Assembly: GCF_902459465.1 (NCBI RefSeq)
Contig: NC_047080.1
Coordinates: forward strand, 806,001 to 870,000
From: Asterias rubens
Taxonomy: Eukaryota
Direction of reading: 5' to 3'
Length of the DNA stretch: 64,000 nucleotides
The notes beneath the pieces were generated by a model. It saw only the letters and a list, made by a program, of their open reading frames with translations. It ran no database searches and was not told where the DNA came from. The translations under genes were made by a program, and so were the position numbers. Positions 13,401-31,479 of this stretch are shown here, in pieces. Position 1 is the stretch's first letter. Each line of letters opens with the position of its first letter.

Positions 13401-14602
13401 GTCATGCTTAGCAGGTTTTTGGGGTACCCGTTTTGTATAACAATGTAATTACAAGGCCGCTTGCTGGCTTCTGCTAAGCAAACTTTTGGTGGTAACCAGA
13501 TTTTTGAAAGTGCCCCGCTATGAACCATATACAATTAATACACAAGGCATGGTATTTTGGTGGGTAATTAGGAAGATCTTACTTGCTCTTTCCAGGAAGC
13601 GTCTTGTGAGCGCTATGATGCAGAACACAGATATGAACTTTGTTGATGAGCTGTCTCATATAGAAGAGAAGATTCAAGAGATCACGAAGATGGCCGAGAC
13701 GACTGAAGCTATCATTCAACAGAGGGCGCTAGACGGTAGGTATATTTTTCACCTGATATATTTGTTACCAAATAGCGTCCTTCAAAAGTCTCCATTCGAA
13801 GGTAAATTGTATGCAAAATAATCAATCTATAGATATTTTTTCTATGATAACTAAGTACATTTTTTTTCTTAAATTTCATTGTTTTGATCCGTTGCTTTTT
13901 AATACAGGAGATAAAATGGCTTTGAAGTCTAATCCGAGTACGTCTACTGAGGACGTAAAAGTTACTTCACCATCAAACGCCAATGAATCAAACACTGGTT
14001 CACTAAGCCAAGGACAAATACCAGACAGTCCAGAGCGGTCATCGACAAGCAGTAATCCAAAGTCTGCAAGTAAGCTTGTCATGGCTGTAGAACCTTCGCT
14101 AAGAGATTTAGATCTAAACAAAACAGCAGCACAGGGGAAAGTGCCTATGCCACCCCTTCAAGAGCCAGAAGTATACGAAGCAGCTCCGCCACGCCCACCT
14201 GAGCCTACAGCAGTCAGTGCCCCACAGTACCACGCCCCACCTACGCAGCTCACACAGCCAGACATCCGGTTTCCATATATGCCATACGCCCAGTTCCCAA
14301 ATTCAGAGTTTGTATCCCGCTCTAATCAGTATTTTCCACGACTCTCGTTCCCACCACCACCCAGTGGTTATCATCACCAAGGTTCGGGTGACTTTATCCC
14401 TCAGTTGTACCCAAACCAGCCGTCGTGGATGGAACCTGTACCCCAAGGGACATTCCTGCATCTACCCCCACCAAACCTTGGTCCCATGTCACATGTCCCA
14501 CCACCACCGAGACCTTTCATGGGTACTTTGCCACCTAGGTACTGTCCCAACTCAGGAGGGCGCTGGATGCCCGGCCCAGGCCAGGGTCAAGGGATGTGGT
14601 GA
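1449..14602 (+). CDS. TDRD5: Tudor domain-containing protein 5 (LOTUS/OST-HTH + Tudor; germline piRNA pathway), about 24 exons
   Basis: Exon 1 (1449-2295) encodes an N-terminal extended LOTUS (LKKSIKALVISAPLGLTVKEVELDY...GY...FLQDIPD...HIQSLVSRQK) and a second LOTUS. GT-AG exons keep the frame at 2791-3059, 3316-3372, 3555-3726, 4095-4249, 4665-4770, 5099-5136, 5349-5539, 5911-6058, 6564-6625, 7990-8056, 8322-8405, 8862-8993, 9301-9475, 9787-9903, 10185-10284, 10973-11102, 11764-11843, 12342-12404, 12609-12699, 13209-13312, 13596-13735 and 13908-14602. There is a single Tudor domain (GQVCCALYLSDNNWHRAII...VLYVDYG), which fits TDRD5 rather than the three-Tudor TDRD7. Confidence 0.88.
2333..2426. 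mobile_element. Short palindromic MITE-like element in TDRD5 intron 1
   Basis: CCAGTAACTGGG...CCCAGTTACTGG ends with an internal ACTTCTAGAAACTA/TAGTTTCTAGAAGT stem. Related ends occur at about 45160-45290. Confidence 0.5.
6075..6265. mobile_element. MITE of the GCTTAGCA-rich family
   Basis: TIR GCCCAGTTTCATAAAGC...GCTTTATGACATTGGGC. Degenerate relatives occur at about 3780-3930, 5640-5840, 45290-45450, 48110-48350 and 56110-56170. Confidence 0.55.
6985..7812. repeat. 34-bp minisatellite, about 24 copies, in a TDRD5 intron
   Basis: Unit CATTCTGTATGGGGTGTGTACTTTAGATATTT(T/C)A repeats with a period of 34 (6987, 7021, 7055...). Confidence 0.95.
9020..9273. mobile_element. Partial TTAA-flanked MITE (same family as 61580-61910)
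   Basis: Ends GTAATTACCAATAGTGTCCACTGCCTTTAA, and the interior is nearly the same as 61720-61910. Confidence 0.7.
10735..10845 (+). mobile_element. 3' end of a non-LTR retroelement (LINE/SINE) with (ATT)n tail
   Basis: GTTCAGCGCCTAGGAGC...GGCGCTATATAAATTTCC followed by about 17 ATT units; this resembles L2/CR1-type 3' ends. Confidence 0.45.
11220..11320 (+). mobile_element. tRNA-derived repeat (SINE-like), copy A
   Basis: A box TAGCTCAGTTGGTAGAG and B box GGTTCGAATCC, with no intact acceptor stem. Shares the upstream motif AAATAGGGAGACYRCCA with the copies at 22144 and 33286. Confidence 0.65.
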
Positions 14603-17123
14603 CCGGGAAGTTGCATGAGTTGCTGACAAGAAATGTGTAACTCATTCCATGGTAATGCACAAACGTGAAAAAAAATGAAGCCATTCTAATGGTGCTACAA
14701 CTGAAGTTTATTTTTTAAACTTGTTAATCTTTTTTAAAGAGTCTTGATGTTAAAAGAACTATTATGTTGTTGAAATGCTGCAGGTATTAAGCATGCAATT
14801 TTTTTATGATTTGTGTTTTTACATAAGTGCCTTGCAAAGAATAGCCTCCCTGAGGAGAAAGGAAACATGCATAACAGCCATTTTGTAATATTTGAGTTTA
14901 GCATGAAAGGATAATGTTCCTTAAAAGTAATCCATACTTGTTCATAAAAGTTGGACTTGCATTTTTAGGTGTTGGAGATGAAATCGTTGCGTCGGTGCAA
15001 TTTTGTGCCTCGATATTTTATATTAACGTGTATCTTACACACACAAAAACATGGTGAATTTTTTGTTATCTTGCCCCATAACTATTGGTTTTGTGTGTAA
15101 TCCAGGTTTAGTTATTATACATGGTTTGTAAAGCTGGCAAAATAGTGGCAGTGTTAAATATGTGTGAAATCAACCATTATATATAAATACATGACGTAAC
15201 AAAATCTGTGAAAATTTGGGCTGAGTCTGTTGTGAGTCTCGTCGGGAGAAAAATAGTGAAAACCATGCACAATTTTTCGCATTTAAACAAACTCATAACA
15301 ATAGAAATCAGCTAATCGGATACAGTTTTCTTAAAATGACTTCATTTCAGAGAGAAATATTTCTCCGAAGTTTTTTTCTTCTAGTAATTGTTTGAGCTAC
15401 AGTAAGCTTCAGACTTAAATTTAACAATGATTTTTTCCCGTGCCATTCCTGCATAAAACCTTGAAGTTTGATATTTAGATATATGATATTTAGATATTGC
15501 GTGTAACATAAATACGAGATGCACCTCGATTGCACCTACGGAACGATATTAGGCTAGAAATGTACATTTGATCAAACAGTATTTTTAGTGGTGGATAGAA
15601 AAAGATTATTTTATTTTACAAAGATGGTGGTTTGATAAAAGTGACTGCAGATCAACTGAAACTTTACTTTTTTTATTTATGTATTAAACTCTATTATCAA
15701 CATTTGACATGATAACTTGAATTATATTTAAGTTGTGTACTTGTGTTTATTTCTGCACACAATAGTTGTCCTTCTCAGTCTACAAGTCGCCAACATTCCA
15801 AACCAATCTGGCGCAACTATTTTGACGAGTTATACATAAAGCTATGTGGAATTTGTTTCCCCTTGTTAGTAACCAATGTTGTAACTTGATGCAAAGAAAA
15901 CTCTCTTGAAACACTCGAGTCTGTACAGAAATGTGTTTATTTACTTACATGTGTACACCAGAAAAACACTGTTTTCCCCAATTATTAGTGGAAGGAAAGT
16001 ATTTACATGAATCTGGAAAAATAAAAAAATCCTGTAAACCATGATTTTATTAGATTTCCTACAATATAAAGAATCAAACTAAAAATATTTATGATATTTT
16101 TTCCTTCATTTAATCAAAGAATCATTTATTTATTTATTTTCCCCATTTTTACGTCGCTGCCACTTTGCCTATTCAATTTGCACCCAACAAACAATGATTA
16201 ACCACTACCTGTCATGTCAAAATGGCGGGCATGGTTCTATAGAGCTGCTTCCTGAAAATTAACTTCTCTGTCGTTACTTTTCAGTTAACAAGCCTTCACT
16301 AAGAAATGACATTGTTACTTTCCAGTTAACAATCCTTCACTTAGAAATCAGTTTTTTTTTTACCTTTGACCTCATATGTTAGTCATAAGGGCAACACTAA
16401 ATGTTATGCTTTTCACTTCAAGTGTGTATTCAACAAAGTCCAAAGTTAAGTACGTTACAAAAGCTTTTTAAATAAGAAAATAAAGGAACAAATCAATTCT
16501 TAACAACAAGCTGGTCAGGTAAGCTCACTTCCTTGGGTATTCTCCGCTCTAATTTACAAGTTGAATCTTTATTTGGTAAATTTAATTAATTACCGACATT
16601 TGAATGTCACTTCTAATGCAATACTATCGTATGCAAAATTCTGCCAGTCATATTGTTAGTATTATTGGTGAAAACTTACACTTTTACTTTTGTTTATATT
16701 TACAATGTATTTAATATGTACACTTTGACATGTTACTTAAACTCTACTGTGGTTTTCTAAGGTCTGTTATTCAATTAGTTATTGGTCACCTTCCCTGTAT
16801 ACCTACTTACAGTTTACCAACTTAATTCTCAAACACAAAATGGGGATCAGACTATTTTTCCCCTCCCGGCCTCACTTTGGATAAATAGACAGACCTTCAT
16901 CATGCTACCACCATGTTGGTCAAGTTCCCTGTGTACAACAGCAATAACAAATGATGATTCTTATTATATCAACAAGGGATCTGACTATGATGGCTCTTCA
17001 AAGATGCGGATGGGGTCTGAACTTGAGCCGAGGACCACAAACACTTTAAAAGCTAGAGTTGTAAAGCACGCCTGCAGTTGTATTATGTAATAGCATCCAT
17101 TGTATAGAAGAAATCACCCTCTC

Positions 17124-24393
<7,270 letters not shown>

Positions 24394-24898
24394 GATGTAC
24401 AAAGTTATTGGAACTAAACTGTAGTCTGGTGGACGTTTCTAACGCCGACAGACCACCGACGTTTAGCTGCGAAAGCATCAAATGCGGCGGTGACAAGACT
24501 CTTCTCAAGCTCACTCTATCGTTCAACCTCTGACCTTTTACTAACCTTTGACACTGACATCACAGTTAACGGCACTCTCGTCAATGGTGGCGCCCTACCA
24601 CTTTTACGGTCAGGGAATTTCTGTATCCGACGCCCAATGTCAATGAGTGTTGTTGATGTTGCACGTAAAAAAAAAGTCCCTTTATTTTTAGCTGTGTGAC
24701 TGTGAGCTTCACTTTGGTCTGCTTGTAAGTATTGCTCAAATGTTCATGCAATGATTTCATTTCGTTGTGGAAATCTGATATATGTCCACATATTTTATGC
24801 TGTAGTGTTAGTCAGTGCTGCTACTGTCTGTGTGTTACTGTAGTGTTTTTAGTGTGCTGTTTATTAGTAGCTAAGTTTGCACTGCACTGCTGTCGCAG

Positions 24899-25963
24899 TA
24901 GTTGCGATAATCGTAACCCTCCATCCTCCCGACGGTCGGAGACCGGAGGGTTACGACACAAGACTGATATTATCGGTGTAACTAGCAGTTTTGACCAGTT
25001 TTTGCCAGACTCGTGATCAGATTCGTCCTTTTTTTTCCACTTTCCAAAATCATGACAGACATTCTAAACACATGGAGTTGATCTTTATTGTATGACAACG
25101 TCATCTGGAACCCTTAAAACTACATCATGAAAATATTTGGCAGAAAAAACGACAAAAACTTACCAAAAGACTGACCGAATATATCCACAATCCATAGCGG
25201 GACCAACTACGTCGCACTTGCTTGGCAACAACCAATCAGCGTGACCCAACCATCGATGTCGTATGCGTATCGGCCATTCCAGCTTGCAAACTCACCGCCT
25301 GTGTGTGTAAGCACCGATCCCCCGCACCGAGTGCGCAGCATGCAGGCATGTACATGTACATGTATTGTGTACACTTGCACACACACACACAACGTCAGGG
25401 TGTGTTTGGCCATGTGGGGGTATGGAGCAGCACACGGTACTTACGAGCTGTATAGTTTGTGCACGCACGATGTTCATACAGTACATGTACATGTACATGT
25501 ACATGCCTGCATGCTGCGCACTCGGTGCGGGGGATCGGTGCTTACACACACAGGCGGTGAGTTTGCAAGCTGGAATGGCCGATACACATACGACATCGAT
25601 GGTTGGGTCACGCTGATTGGTTGTTGCCAAGCAAGTGCGACGTTCAAAATCACTAGTTGGTCCCGCTATGGATTATGGATATATTCGGTCAGTCTTTTGG
25701 TAAGTTTTTGTCGTTTTTTCTGCCAAATATTTTCATGATGTTGTTTTAAGGGTTCCAGATGACGTTGTCATACAATAAAGATCAACTCCATGTGTTTAGA
25801 ATGTCTGTCATGATTTTGGAAAGTGGAAAAAAAGGACGAATCTGATCACGAGTCTGGCAAAAACTGGTCAAAACTGCTAGTTACACCGATAATATCAGTC
25901 TTGTGTCGTAACCCTCCGGTCTCCGACCGTCGGGAGGATGGAGGGTTACGATTATCGCAACTA
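24899..25963. mobile_element. Non-autonomous long-TIR DNA transposon (Mutator/MULE-like), 9-bp TSD CTGTCGCAG
   Basis: Arms of about 465 bp (24899-~25364 and ~25488-25963) are near-perfect reverse complements around a spacer of about 120 bp. An exact 9-bp direct repeat lies at 24890-24898 and 25964-25972. There is no transposase ORF. Confidence 0.85.
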
Positions 25964-26030
25964 CTGTCGCAGCTGTCCGTCCGTTGTAAATGCAAGCACT
26001 TCGTTCGTATGGTGTTCCATAGAGGACAGC

Positions 26031-27285
26031 CTCCGTCGGAGTTGTGAGTTGGGGCGTCGGAGTTGTGAGTTGGGCCGTCGGAGTTGTGAGTTGTGCGTCG
26101 GAGTTGTGGGTTGTCCGTCGGAGTTGTGGGCTGTCCGTCGTAGTTGTGAGTTGGGCCGTCGGAGTTGTGAGTTGGGCCGTCGGAGTTGTGGGTTGTCCGT
26201 CGGAGTTGTGGGCTGTCCGTCGTAGTTGTGAGTTTGGCCGTCGGAGTTGTGGGTTGTCCGTCGGAGTTGTGAGTTGTGCATTCTGGTTGTATTGTTAGTT
26301 GGGCACCGTGGTTGTGATTTGGGTATTTTGTGATTGTGAATTGGGCGTCGCTATATAGTTGGGCGTCGTGTGATTGTGAATTGGGCGTCGCGCATGGTTG
26401 TGGATTCATTGTCGTGGATGTGAGTTGGGCGTTGTGAGTTGGGCGAATTCTATGAAGTTAGGCGTCTTGCTTCTGAGTTGGGCTTCGTGATTTTTAGTTG
26501 GGCGTCGTGTGGGTTAATTGGGCGTCGTGTTGTTAATGTCTGTCGTAGTTGTGAGTTGGCCGTCGGAGTTGTGGGTTGTCCGTCGGAGTTGTGAGTTGGC
26601 CGTCGGAGTTGTGAGTTGGCCGTCGTAGTTGTGAGTTGTCCGTCGGAGTTGTGAGTTGGCCGTCGGAGTTGTGAGTTGTGCCGTCGTAGTTGTGAGTTGG
26701 GCCGTCGGAGTTGTGAGTTGGGCCGTCGGAGTTGTGGGTTGTCCGTCGGAGTTGTGGGATGTCCGTCGTAGTTGTGAGTTGGCCTTCGTAGTTGTGAGTT
26801 GTCCGTCGGAGTTGTGAGTTGGCCGTCGTAGTTGTGAGTTGTCCGTCGGAGATGTGAGTTGGGCCGTCGTAGTTGTGAGTTGTCCGTCGGAGTTGTGAGT
26901 TGGCCGTCGTAGTTGTGAGTTGTCCGTCGGAGTTGTGAGTTGGGCCGTCGGAGTTGTGAGTTGGCCGTCGTAGTTGTGAGTTGGCCGTCGGAGTTGTGAG
27001 TTGTCCGTCGGAGTTGTGAGTTGTGCCGTCGTAGTTGTGAGTTGGGCCGTCGGAGTTGTGAGTTAGGCCGTCGGAGTTGTGGGTTGTCCGTCGGAGTTGT
27101 GGGCTGTCCGTCGTAGTTGTGAGTTGGCCGTCGTAGTTGTGAGTTGTCCGTCGGAGTTGTGAGTTGGCCGTCGGAGTTGTGAGTTGGCCGTCGGAGTTGT
27201 GGGTTGTCCGTCGGAGTTCTGGGTTCTCCGTCGGAGTTGTGAGTTGGACCGTCGGAGTTGTGAGTTGGCCGTCGTAGTTGTGAGG
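26031..27285. repeat. Left subterminal array, 20/21-bp unit CCGTCGGAGTTGTGAGTTGG
   Basis: The period of 20 is visible (e.g. 26581-26640). A degenerate TTGGGCGTCG block interrupts it at about 26280-26540. Confidence 0.95.
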
Positions 27286-30241
27286 GGACACTCTTGAAAA
27301 TAATGTTGCGGTACTATGCTTTTTAATTTGGACAAAACAAATAAATAGTTACATGCCAAATACATTTGCAAAAACAAACAAACAATTTCCTGTTATCATG
27401 TCAACGGTCAAAAACTTACCTCTAAAGATGTCAGAAATATGTTTATTGTTTGATTAGATGGGTTGTTGCGGCGCAAATGCAGTTTATGTGTAATCCGTCT
27501 TATTGTTCTGGTACTATAAAATAATAATAATAATAACATAAAGGAAATATAAGATTGACGGTCGTCTTCAAGGTCTTCATGCTCTCCTGATTAATTTAAC
27601 ATTGTATTGGGCACACTTTGTACATTCTCCAGCACACTCTTCTGAATCCAGGAATATCGCTAAAAACTGTTCAATGCCTTTCTGTTGTTTGCCCCTATCT
27701 GAATTTGCCTCTTCTAGTAAATTGATGAGTAATTGGTCCTTATATATTATGTTCATAATGTTATTTACTGTAGCCGTTTGTCATGCTGGCATTATAGTTG
27801 CTTTTATCAAGGAATCTGTATGTCATATCGTTATGGACAGAAGTTAGGATCTTGTATTGTACATTATTGGTGTGATGATGGGTAATAAATGGGTCTATCA
27901 TTTTTTGAGTCTGTGTCCGATCTGTTCTAGAAGCAAGAGAAGTGTGTTAGTTCATGCATGGCACAATCGGGGAACTTCTGTGACTCTAGACGATGTAAGG
28001 TCTTCGTGGATTCTTGCTAGGTTTTTATTTAAAAAGTAAAACGATACCCTCCAATAATGTGGAACAAAGCGTGGTATAAGTTTTGCCACATCAGTGTCAA
28101 AATTTCCATTCAGTGTCAGTTTTCATCAACAAAATGCACATTAAACATTGCTATAATTAGGTTTGGCTGACAAATGAAAACCAACTAATCATAAAATTCT
28201 AAAACATAAAATGTATAACGTATTTTTTAAAAGATGACCCTTATCATTAAACTTACCAACAGTTGATGTTATGTCGAAGGGACAAAATGCATCCTATCTC
28301 ATCGTACGTATAACCCGCGTCAAAGTAGTGCCGCACCAATCCATCTCTTTTACATTCTGTTAAGTTATTTGACATTCTATCATTTTTTGTTAATAGTGAA
28401 AACGCCCATTCCTATTTTCATTTATTTTATAACATCGTAGAGAACACGTTTTTTAAAGACACCTTACAGTTTAGGCCGGTTCGCAGGAATTAAAGATGAT
28501 GGTTAGCCCGTATTCCACAACAAAATGAAGAACAAAATATTTACATATTTTTAACGCCAGGAACTGTAGGTAGAACGATTTTTATCTAGACCATTTCATT
28601 CTGATTGGTTGAGCTCCGGTCACTCAGGAGAATGTGCAACTTACTGAATATTCATGACTGTTCGTTTCGCGCACACTGCGAAATTGTCAGCTATAATGTG
28701 TCACTTTGTGTACAGAAGTACATAACATTCAAGCACCAGACTGCTGCCCAATGTAAATTATTGAAATTGACGTCATAATACAGGAAAATGAAAAGGCTGA
28801 TCCAGCTATTCACTGTATTTTGTAATCTTTGAAGTATATATAAAGTAAGTGGCAACAACTCTATATCCTGGGATAATTGCAATTTAACATATTTTGGCAT
28901 TCAGATTGTCTAAAAATCTGGCAATGCATCTGTAAATTGCTACTAGTTTCCCGGGGGATCCATAAGAAGTATAGTTTTTGTTTTTGTTTGAACAGCAAAT
29001 AAACCCACCAAGGATACAAGTCAATAAAACAAACTCAAGGCATCGTCAGATTTATGTCTATTTGTTATTTGGACAGGTCACAGCTCGGGTATCAGGAAAA
29101 TTTGCATAGTTCCGTTGGCTTATGCGTTCATGCGTTCGTATTTCCGTTTACAACAAACAACATATAAATTGTTTCAAGTTAACCAATTAAAACACTATTC
29201 ATCCATACCTAGTCAATCCAACTTACATAACACTTTCAAATACTAAAGTTTTAGTATGTGTTTGTGTTTGTTTGTTTGTTTGTTGGGGTGTTTGTTTGTT
29301 AACCTGTTCGTTGAGTGAAATTGTTTGTCCTTTTGTCTCTTGGTTGGACTGACACACCTCTTGGTGACAGTGCAGGCACTATTGTCAGTCCTGGCAAACG
29401 TGTAGTGTGTTGATGTCTTTCTGTTGTCCTCAGTCGTGTAGTACTTTTTTTTCTTCTTTTTTTCTTTGACTGCATGCCATCCTTTTTATATATCTTGATG
29501 TATCCCCCTTGTTACTGTTTTCCAATCCAGATGTATGTTTTTATATAATTAATGTTTTAACAAGTTTTTTCCTTTTCGTATAAATTTTTGTAATTTTTTG
29601 TATTTTATGTGAATTGCCAAATAATAATAATAATAAATAATAAAAAAGGATGATTTGACCATCTTTGGACTAATTTAATGATAGGCACACACTTTAAATT
29701 TTATTTAATTTTTATTTAATGTTAAATTGCTATCGGGGTGTAAAAACATATAACGCTTTCATGGTGCCTTGGACGAAAAAGAAATTAGTGAAAGATTAAT
29801 GCTAGTTCGTTCGTGCTGACTTGCCCTATAATTATATACGTTCAAATTCAACACTTCAATGCTGTTCGTGATTAGTTTTAATATTCTTATACGGCCCGCA
29901 TCCTACCTGCAGTTATTAAAGAATATGTTACAATTCATAAACAACATTTTGAAGGGGCGTAGATAAATATAAAATATCAGATCTGCAACTGACAACATAG
30001 TGCTGTGCGAACAAAACATAGGCCTAATTTCCCAATAAAAGCATCGAACACATGGGTCCATCCATTTCATGTAGGCATAGGCAAGCAAAAGCGACAACTC
30101 AAAAGGATTTTGCCTTCTCGGTGACGAATCGATGGATTCAGCAAGGTATAATTCATCACAATCGGAACTCAATCACATGTGTAGAAGAACCCTGAAGTAG
30201 ACATACGCCACCTATTGGCCATTGCAGTTTAGTAAACAAAA

Positions 30242-30745
30242 TAAAAAGTCAGACGGCCAACTCACAACTCCGACGGCCCAACTCACAACTCCGACGTCTC
30301 TACTCACAACTACGACGGACAACCCACAACTCCGACGGACAACTCACAACTACGACGGACAACCCACAACTCTGACGGACAACCCACAACTCGACGGACA
30401 TTTCACAACTCCGACGGCCCAACTCACAACTACGACGGACAACCCACAACTACGACGCACAACTCACAACTCCGACGGCCCAACTCACAACTCCGACGGA
30501 CAACTCACAACTACGACGGACAACCCACAACTCCGACGGACAACTCACAACTACGACGGACAACTCACAACTCCGACGGCCAAACTCACAACTACGACGC
30601 ACAACTCACAACTCCGACGGCCCAACTCACAACTACGACGCACAACCCACAACTCCGACGGTCCAACTCACAACTCCGACGGCCCAACTCACAACTCCGA
30701 CGGCCCAACTCACAACTCCGACGGACAACTCACAACTACGACGGA
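30242..30745. repeat. Right subterminal array, reverse complement of the left array (CCAACTCACAACTCCGACGG)
   Basis: About 25 units of the inverted 20/21-bp motif. Confidence 0.95.
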
Positions 30746-30805
30746 GGCTGTCCTCTATGGAACACCATACGTTCGTTCCATTTATTTTAATTTATCACGT
30801 TTTTC

Positions 30806-30937
30806 GGAAAAGTTTCCGTATGGCGCCACCACTTTTTCATTCGATATGAAATAATATAGTATCTAATTTACCTCAATGAGATATCCCTTTTTGTAAAAAT
30901 GAGTGAAAAAGTGGTGGCGCCATACGGAAAGTTGTCC
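30806..30937. mobile_element. About 130-bp MITE (TIR GGAAAAGTTTCCGTATGGCGCCACCACTTTT)
   Basis: TIR of about 30 bp. A near-identical copy in the opposite orientation lies at 42979-43109. Confidence 0.8.
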
Positions 30938-31322
30938 CAATAAACTATTGCTCCATGGTCACACTCACAGTGCTGTGTCATTGTCATTGCACACAAACAG
31001 ATGTCTGCCTGTGACCATGGAGGAAGAAATTCTTCCTTCATGCTGTGACCAACTGAACTAGGTCATGTCAGACTTCGACTTCAAAATGTTAATCATTTTT
31101 TGTTAAGGGAATTATTAAATGTAGGTTGCTCTTTTTATATATTATGTGTTACTTTTAGCCATGTTTTATTTTTAATGTTACGTGAATTAACTTATTAAGT
31201 CCTTAAAGTTAAAAAAATGTGTTCACTATTTTATAAAAAATAAAGCCAAAATAAGAAGTTTTTAGAAGAGAGCTTTTAGTTTGTAACTTTTTTGTTTTAA
31301 TTTAAAAAGGCGTAAAAACAAG

Positions 31323-31379
31323 TAGTTGCGATAGCGTAAGCCTCCTCCCGTCATGAGGAGGGTTACGTTATCGCAGCTA
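31323..31379. mobile_element. 57-bp minimal derivative of the 24899-25963 element
   Basis: TAGTTGCGATAGCGTAAGCCTCCTC-ccgtcat-GAGGAGGGTTACGTTATCGCAGCTA is a hairpin with the same termini. The flanks AAAAACAAG and ATGAACAAG match at 7/9 and may be a decayed TSD. Confidence 0.6.
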
Positions 31380-31479
31380 ATGAACAAGTTGATTTTCCTG
31401 ATAGTGACATAAGTTACGTTGCAACTAAAAGACATGTTTTTTCTTTGTATTACAGGCTGATATACTTTACCGAGGCACC

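Larger units (their letters stand above)
26006..30771. mobile_element. Foldback-like element with inverted subterminal tandem arrays
   Basis: Termini CGTATGGTGTTCCATAGAGGACAGCCTCCGTCG... and ...CGACGGAGGCTGTCCTCTATGGAACACCATACG are exact reverse complements. Each is followed inward by the same 20/21-bp array, in opposite orientation. TTCGTT flanks both ends (26000-26005 and 30772-30777). Confidence 0.8.

Noticed and set aside
24732-25738. Paired ORFs with identical peptides on opposite strands (MATTNQRDP..., ...NRNPPSSRRSETGG...)
   Set aside because: They are a consequence of the inverted arms of the hairpin transposon and show no recognisable domain.
25846-30854. Long Thr/His/Asn-rich ORFs (187, 252 and 210 aa) in the arrays
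   Set aside because: They are translations of the 20/21-bp tandem repeat, with frame switches that follow unit length and no domain signal.
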